A stretch of 64,000 bases of DNA from assembly GCA_965223155.1 (NCBI GenBank), contig CBDCVR010000015.1:256001-320000 (forward strand), written 5' to 3'. The notes below the pieces were generated by a model. It was given only the letters and a program-made list of their open reading frames with translations. It was not told where the DNA came from and ran no database searches. Positions within the stretch are counted from its first letter, which is position 1. Each line of letters begins with the position of its first letter. This stretch comes from Candidatus Multivoradales bacterium. Lineage in GTDB: Bacteria > Acidobacteriota > Thermoanaerobaculia > Multivoradales > JAHEKO01. The position numbers and the translations under genes are program-made. This document shows, piece by piece, positions 54,837 to 64,000 of the stretch.

Positions 54837-56759
54837 ATGATCTCGGTGTCGGGCCTGGCCAAGAGTTTCGGGTCCCAGATCCTGTTCCGAGACGTCACCG
54901 TCCAGCTCAACCCGGGAGAGCGATACGGGCTGGTGGGAGCCAACGGCGCCGGCAAGTCGACGCTGCTGCGCATCCTGACCGGCGACGAGCCGCCCAGCGA
55001 AGGCACGGTCTCGATCGCCAAGAAGCTGAGGCTCGGAGTCTTGCGCCAGGATCACTTCGCCTTCGAGGACAAGCGCATCCTGGACGTGGCGCTGATGGGA
55101 GACCCGATCCTGTATGGCGCGATGGAGGAGAAGGAACGCCTGCTCGAGAACGCCGATCGGGAGTTCGACGCCGAGCGCTACGCCGAGCTGGAAGAGATCA
55201 TCCTCGCCAACGACGGGTACAGCGCCGAGGCCCGAGCCGGCGAGATTCTCGAGGGCCTCGGCATCGTCAGCGCCGTCCACCAGCAGCCCCTGTCGACGCT
55301 TTCCGGCGGCTTCAAGCTCCGTGTCCTGCTGGCCCAAACGCTCGCCGCCCAGCCCGACGCGCTGCTCTTGGACGAGCCCACGAACCATCTCGACATCCTG
55401 TCGATTCGGTGGCTCGAGAAGTTCCTGCAGAGCTTCCCCGGCGTGGTGACGGTCATCTCCCACGACCATCGCTTCCTGGACAATGTCGCCACCTACATCC
55501 TGGATTTCGATTACGAGACGGTCACTCTGTACAAAGGCGCCTACACCGACTTCCAGCGGCAGAAGACCGAGGCGCGCGAGCGCAAGGAAAAGGAGATCGA
55601 CAAGCGCGAGCGCGAGATCGCCCATCACAAGGCCTTCGTCGACCGCTTCCGAGCCAAAGCCACCAAGGCGCGCCAGGCCAAGAGCAAACAGAAGGTGCTG
55701 GACCGCATCGTGCTCGAGCCGCTGCCCCAGAGCTCGCGCCGCTATCCCCGCTTCCGCTTCGACCAGGTGCGGGCGAGCGGACGGGAGGTCCTGGGCCTCG
55801 AAGGCATCGGCAAGGCCTTCGGAGACAACGTCGTGCTGCGCGACGTCGGGCTGAGCGTCGAGCGCGGCGACCGGCTGGCGATCATCGGCCCCAACGGAAT
55901 CGGCAAGTCGACCTTGCTCAAGATCGCCATGGGCGAGCTCGAGCCCGACACCGGGACCGTCGCATGGGGCTACGAGGCCCACCCCGGCTACTTTGCCCAG
56001 GACCACCACCAGTCCCTCGAGCCGGCCAAGGCCACGATCGAGAGCTGGCTCTGGGAATTCTGCCCCGGCGAGCCGGTGGGCTTCGTCCGTGGCCAGCTGG
56101 CCGCGGTCCTGTTCCGCAAGGACGAGGTCGACAAGCGCCTCGGCAGCCTGTCCGGGGGCGAAGCGGCGCGGCTGGTCTTCGCCCGGCTAGCGGTCGAAAA
56201 GCCCAACGTCATGGTTCTGGACGAGCCCACCAATCATCTCGACCTCGAGGCCATCGAGGCCCTGGTGCACGGCCTCGAGGCGTTCCCCGGAACCCTGATC
56301 CTGGTATCGCACGACCGCTGGTTCGTTTCCCGGTTGGCCAACCGGATTCTGGAGATCACGGCCTCAGGCATCCGCGACTACCGCGGAACCTACGAGGAGT
56401 ACGTCACCGACTGCGGCGACGACCACCTGGACGCCGAGGTGGTCCTGCGCCAAGCCAGGAAGAGGTCCAAGAAGGCGGGCTCCTCACGCCCGGCGGGCGC
56501 GTCCGAGGCGAAGCGGCGGAAGCTGACCACGGAGCGCGACCGGCTGGCCGAGAGCATCGAACGGGCCGAGACTCGGATCCACGAGATCAACGAGACCTTC
56601 TGCGACCCCAGCTACTTCGAGCGCACTCCCCAGAAAGCCGTCCGCAAGCTCGAGCAAGAACAGGTCGAGCTCAAGGCCCGGATCGAGACCTGGATGTCCG
56701 AATGGGAGCAAGCCGAGTCCGCCCTGGAGGCGCTCGAGGACCCTAAGGCCATCGGCTAG
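54837..56759 (+). CDS. ABC-F family translation-associated ATPase
   Basis: Two ABC domains (GANGAGKST/LSGG/LDEPTNHLD and GPNGIGKST/LSGGE), no TM helices, C-terminal coiled coil. Confidence 0.95.
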   Translation: MISVSGLAKSFGSQILFRDVTVQLNPGERYGLVGANGAGKSTLLRILTGDEPPSEGTVSIAKKLRLGVLRQDHFAFEDKRILDVALMGDPILYGAMEEKERLLENADREFDAERYAELEEIILANDGYSAEARAGEILEGLGIVSAVHQQPLSTLSGGFKLRVLLAQTLAAQPDALLLDEPTNHLDILSIRWLEKFLQSFPGVVTVISHDHRFLDNVATYILDFDYETVTLYKGAYTDFQRQKTEARERKEKEIDKREREIAHHKAFVDRFRAKATKARQAKSKQKVLDRIVLEPLPQSSRRYPRFRFDQVRASGREVLGLEGIGKAFGDNVVLRDVGLSVERGDRLAIIGPNGIGKSTLLKIAMGELEPDTGTVAWGYEAHPGYFAQDHHQSLEPAKATIESWLWEFCPGEPVGFVRGQLAAVLFRKDEVDKRLGSLSGGEAARLVFARLAVEKPNVMVLDEPTNHLDLEAIEALVHGLEAFPGTLILVSHDRWFVSRLANRILEITASGIRDYRGTYEEYVTDCGDDHLDAEVVLRQARKRSKKAGSSRPAGASEAKRRKLTTERDRLAESIERAETRIHEINETFCDPSYFERTPQKAVRKLEQEQVELKARIETWMSEWEQAESALEALEDPKAIG

Positions 56760-56855
56760 GCCCGATCGGTTGGGCCGACTGGCTGACCCGCGATCAGCAC
56801 GTCCAATCGTCGTCCCAAGCGGCAGTAGGCGCCTGGCAATCTGGGTTCGACCGCG

Positions 56856-59800
56856 TCAGTTCCTTCCGCTCGGCAGTGCGACCTTGCGTCCTGGCGTCCA
56901 AGGCGCGCCGGCGGCCTCGAGCCGCTCCTCGTAGGCTGGCAGCCTCGTCTCCAGGAGCTCGATCAGCTCGGCACCGACCTCGACGAACTGGGTGCGCGCG
57001 ATCGCCAGGCTGTCCCGCTGGGTCGCGGTCGGCGGCTGCCGCGTGTTCCAAGTGCCGCCGGCCACCTGGCCGACGCGGCGTGAGATTGTCGGCGTCGAGG
57101 GCTCGTCGTGACGCCCCAGGACACGGTCACCGAGAAGCTTCAAACGCAGGCCGGCAACCGCGGCCTCGAGCTCGGCCAGGCCGGTCCACAGATCGGCGTC
57201 GGCTGCCGGAGCCTCGACCAGGGCCGCGCGGATATGGCGCAACCTCTCCTCAGCCCGCTGGATCTCTTGACCGGCGCCCGCCACCCGCCGTGCCAGGTCG
57301 GCGGTCTCCTGATGGAACGCCGTCAGCACGCCAAAGTCGGGCTCGCCCAGGCTGAAGCTCGGCACCGGCCGCACTGCAAACGACCGGGGCTCGGCCGCCG
57401 GCCGCACGCCGGCGCCCGTCACCAGTGCCATCTCCACGGTATACGTCCCGGGAGGAGCGAGCGGACCCTGGGGATCGCTGTGCCACGGCGGCCTGAAGCC
57501 GGGGGTTGTCAGGCTCACCGGATCCGGCGGCGGGCGGCGGAGGTCCCAACTCACCCTGTGAATGCCCTTCTTCGCCGGACCCTCGATCAGCCGCACCGGC
57601 GAGCCCGCCGCGTCCCGCACCGTCAGCAGCACCTTGGGCCCGTGCTCGAGTGCCTCGTCTCGGAGCGTTTCCCAGCCGGGGAAGGGCACGTCCCTGCCCT
57701 CCTCGGCCAGCTCGCTCTCCCCACTCTTGCGGGCGTCCTTGGCGGTCTCGAGATCCTTCTCGAGGTAGTAGGAAATGACCGCGCCGAAGGGAGGATTGGG
57801 CGCGGTGTAGTCGTCGCTCCCAAGCGACGGCTTGCCCTTGGCCTGCCCCGGCACCCACGGCACGTACCACCAGGCATCGCGGACCGAAAAAAGCGCGGCT
57901 TCACCCGCCAGCGCGCCCGCGGCGATCTCGCGCAAGGCCGAGTAGTCGTCGAGCACGTAGAAACCGCGGCCGAAGGTAGCGCCCACCAGGTCGTCGTCCC
58001 TGCGTTGGATCGCGAGATCCCGAAACGAGATCGTGGGCGCGCCGGCGAGCCGGCTCCAGTCCTCGCCGCCGTCGAGCGAAACGTAGAGCCCGAACTCGGT
58101 GCCGGCGAACAGCAGCTCCGGCGTGACGTGGTCCTGCGCCAGAGACCAGACCACGCCCCGCTCGGGCAGATCGCCGGAGATCGAGCGCCAGCTACGGCCC
58201 CGGTCGCGGCTCTCGACGACGAGCGGCCGCAAGTCGCCCTCCTTGTGGGCGTCGAGAACCGCGAAGACGGTATCGGCGTCATGGAGCGAAGCCACGACAT
58301 CGTTGACAAAGGCAAGCTCGGGCACGTCCCGTACCGCGGCCGCGCGGCGCCAGGTGGCGCCGCCGTCCTCGCTCACCTGGACCAGACCGTCGTCGGTGCC
58401 GGCGTAGAGCAGCCCTTCGACGAGCGGCGATTCGGAGACCGCGCTGACAGTCGAGTACCAGGACATCGCTCCGTTGTCGTAGAGCGCATCGATGCTCCTC
58501 ACCCGGCCCGCGACCGGCAGCTCGTAGCGATTCCGGCCGCGAGTCAGATCGCCGCTGACCGCGGTCCAGGAATCACCGCGGTCGTCGCTGCGCCAAAGCC
58601 GCTGGGAAGCGAAGTACAGACGCGTCGAGGCGTGCGGACTGACGATCAGAGGCGCGTCCCAGTTCCAGCGCTCCGGCGGCTCGCCTGGAGCCGGCACCGG
58701 CTGGATGTCGAGGTTCTCGCCGCTGGCACGGTCCCAGCGCTGGAGCCGGCCCACCTGCCACTCCATGTAGGCGATCGACGGGTTCTCGGGATCGAAGGCG
58801 CAAGCGTAGCCGTCGGCGCCGAGGGGTACGAACCAGTCGCCGTTGCGGACCCCCTCGGCGTTGGTCGTGCGCGAGGGTCCGAAAAGGGTGCCGAGGTCCT
58901 GAGCGCCGCCCAAGATGTTGTAGAAGGGCTCCGAGTTGTCCAGGGCCAGCTTGTAGAACTGGGAGATCGGTAGGTTGGGAAACTGGCGCCAGGTAGCGCC
59001 GTCGTCGAAGCTCTCGTACAAGCTCGCGTCGGTGCCCGCCAAGAGGTGCCTCGGGTCGTCCGGGTCGATCCAGAGGGCGTGGTTGTCGCTGTGCTTCTGC
59101 CGGCCGTCGCCCAGCACCTCGAAGTTGGCGCCGCCGTCGCGAGTCACGTGCAGGAAGACGTCCATCTGGTAGACGGTGTCAACGTCGTGAGGCGAGGCCT
59201 CGATTTCCTGGTAGTAGTGCGGACCGGTGCCGTTCGAGATGTAGCCGTTGCGCCGGCTCCAGCTCTCGCCGCGGTCCACGGAGCGGTAGAGGCCACGATT
59301 GTCCTCGTCGGCCTCGATCGTCGCATACACGACCGACGGATCGGCCGGCGAGACGGCGAGGCCGATCTTGCCCATGTCGCCATCGGGCAGCCCGGTCGCG
59401 ATGCGGCGCCAGGTCTCACCACCGTCGGTCGACTTGTGAATCCCCGAGCCCGGGCCGCCGGCGAGATGCGACCAGACCTGGCGGCGCCGCTCGTAGGTGG
59501 CCGCGTACAGGACGCGCGGGTTGCCGGGCTCGATCTCGACGTCGGTCACACCGGTGTTTTCATCCACCGTCAGGACCGAACGCCAAGTCTCGCCGCCGTC
59601 GGTGGTCTTGAACAGACCCCGGTCGCCCCCGGCCGACCAGAGCGGCCCTTCCGCCGCGACCCAGACGGTGTCGCCATCCTCGGGATGAACGACAACCTTG
59701 CCAACGTGCTGGGATTCCGCGAGCCCCATGTTGCGCCACGTCGCTCCACCGTCCAGACTCTTGTAAACGCCGTCGCCCCAGCTCACGTGACGTCCGCTGA

Positions 59801-60155
59801 CGTTCTCGCCCGTGCCCACCCAAACGACGTTCGGGCTGGACGGATCCAAGGTCACCGAGCCCGTGGAATAGACCGCCTGGTCGCCGAAGATCGGGTCCCA
59901 GGTGACACCGGCGTTCTTCGTCTTCCAGACTCCGCCCGAACCGACCGCCAGATACCAGGTGCTGGAGTCGTCCGGATGAACCGCGATGTCGGCAATCCGG
60001 CCGCCCATGAGCGCCGGGCCGATCGAACGCAGCTCGAGGCCGGCCAGGACTTCGGCATCTGCCAGGCCCTCCCCGGCAGCCGAAACGCCGGAAACGAAGA
60101 CGAGAAGGAGAAGGAACACCGCAGACAGCGACACGGGCAGGGAGCGGTTGCGCAA
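56856..60155 (-). CDS. Secreted BNR/Asp-box (VPS10/sortilin-like) beta-propeller, putative glycoside hydrolase
   Basis: LRSIGPA.MGGRI and many S.DGG.TW Asp-boxes. TTG 60155 has an AGGAGG SD and precedes a signal peptide. Confidence 0.9.
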   Translation of the reverse strand: MRNRSLPVSLSAVFLLLLVFVSGVSAAGEGLADAEVLAGLELRSIGPALMGGRIADIAVHPDDSSTWYLAVGSGGVWKTKNAGVTWDPIFGDQAVYSTGSVTLDPSSPNVVWVGTGENVSGRHVSWGDGVYKSLDGGATWRNMGLAESQHVGKVVVHPEDGDTVWVAAEGPLWSAGGDRGLFKTTDGGETWRSVLTVDENTGVTDVEIEPGNPRVLYAATYERRRQVWSHLAGGPGSGIHKSTDGGETWRRIATGLPDGDMGKIGLAVSPADPSVVYATIEADEDNRGLYRSVDRGESWSRRNGYISNGTGPHYYQEIEASPHDVDTVYQMDVFLHVTRDGGANFEVLGDGRQKHSDNHALWIDPDDPRHLLAGTDASLYESFDDGATWRQFPNLPISQFYKLALDNSEPFYNILGGAQDLGTLFGPSRTTNAEGVRNGDWFVPLGADGYACAFDPENPSIAYMEWQVGRLQRWDRASGENLDIQPVPAPGEPPERWNWDAPLIVSPHASTRLYFASQRLWRSDDRGDSWTAVSGDLTRGRNRYELPVAGRVRSIDALYDNGAMSWYSTVSAVSESPLVEGLLYAGTDDGLVQVSEDGGATWRRAAAVRDVPELAFVNDVVASLHDADTVFAVLDAHKEGDLRPLVVESRDRGRSWRSISGDLPERGVVWSLAQDHVTPELLFAGTEFGLYVSLDGGEDWSRLAGAPTISFRDLAIQRRDDDLVGATFGRGFYVLDDYSALREIAAGALAGEAALFSVRDAWWYVPWVPGQAKGKPSLGSDDYTAPNPPFGAVISYYLEKDLETAKDARKSGESELAEEGRDVPFPGWETLRDEALEHGPKVLLTVRDAAGSPVRLIEGPAKKGIHRVSWDLRRPPPDPVSLTTPGFRPPWHSDPQGPLAPPGTYTVEMALVTGAGVRPAAEPRSFAVRPVPSFSLGEPDFGVLTAFHQETADLARRVAGAGQEIQRAEERLRHIRAALVEAPAADADLWTGLAELEAAVAGLRLKLLGDRVLGRHDEPSTPTISRRVGQVAGGTWNTRQPPTATQRDSLAIARTQFVEVGAELIELLETRLPAYEERLEAAGAPWTPGRKVALPSGRN

Positions 60156-60384
60156 GAAACACCTCCTGGTTCTGAAGCTCGGGACGCCCGAGCCTATCTC
60201 GCCGCTGGCGTCCCGATCGGGAGGTTTGTCGCTCGGTCCCCCCATTGGCCACCACGTCCGGAACCGAAGGACTCGGACCTCCTGGGAGGTCGTCGAGGCA
60301 AACGGGCCACCTCTTCCGAAGCTCGAGCCCGCGGCAGCCGGCACCTCCTTGGCGCTTGCCGGAAACCTCCTCTTCAGCAAGCCC

Positions 60385-63882
<3,498 letters not shown>

Positions 63883-63888
63883 GACGAA

Positions 63889-64000
63889 TCCTCCGCTTCT
63901 CGCACTACGAAGCGGCTCGTCGCCCGCCGGACACTTAGTTGCCGCCAAGATCGTTTGGCGACCACATCCCCGCTGCTGTTGCGGCGGGTTGGCACCTTGG
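63889..64000 (-). ncRNA. 3' part of a SAM-I-like riboswitch with an SD-sequestering hairpin
   Basis: Minus strand reads GGTGCCAA, then P4 CCCGCCG...CGGCGGG, then GACGAG. Next, CCGCTTC-N9-GAAGCGG overlaps the GGAGG SD of metH. The 5' half lies outside the window. Confidence 0.7.

Noticed and set aside
56794-56855. GGTTCGA T-loop-like motif suggesting a tRNA
   Set aside because: No cloverleaf can be formed around it.

Overview
High-GC, gene-dense bacterial chromosome segment. Gene content suggests Acidobacteriota, possibly Thermoanaerobaculia, but this is inference only. I see no rRNA, tRNA, CRISPR array or intact mobile element. The main feature is a minus-strand run from 20931 to 3276. It starts with a DnaC-like ATPase, a membrane protein and a SpoIID/SPOR lipoprotein. 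Next comes a bacterial microcompartment (BMC) locus of the sugar-phosphate-utilisation (SPU) type: RpiB, DeoC and an acylating aldehyde dehydrogenase, each with a candidate N-terminal encapsulation peptide, plus 1 BMC-H, 2 BMC-T and 3 BMC-P shell genes. Directly after it lies a type IV minor-pilin operon (fimT-pilV-pilW-pilX-pilY1). The rest is mostly housekeeping: meaB, acyl-CoA dehydrogenases, dnaK-hsp20-hspR with a HAIR-like operator, mazG, envC plus an apparently inactive S41 peptidase, an anti-sigma pair, glpX, mpg, hflKC-dacB, a nuclease-fused DinG/XPD helicase, uvrA-like, PBP1B, ABC-F, a BNR/VPS10 protein, and metH under a partial SAM-I-like riboswitch at the right edge. Many genes appear leaderless. 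All calls come from motif recognition by eye; no database searches were run.
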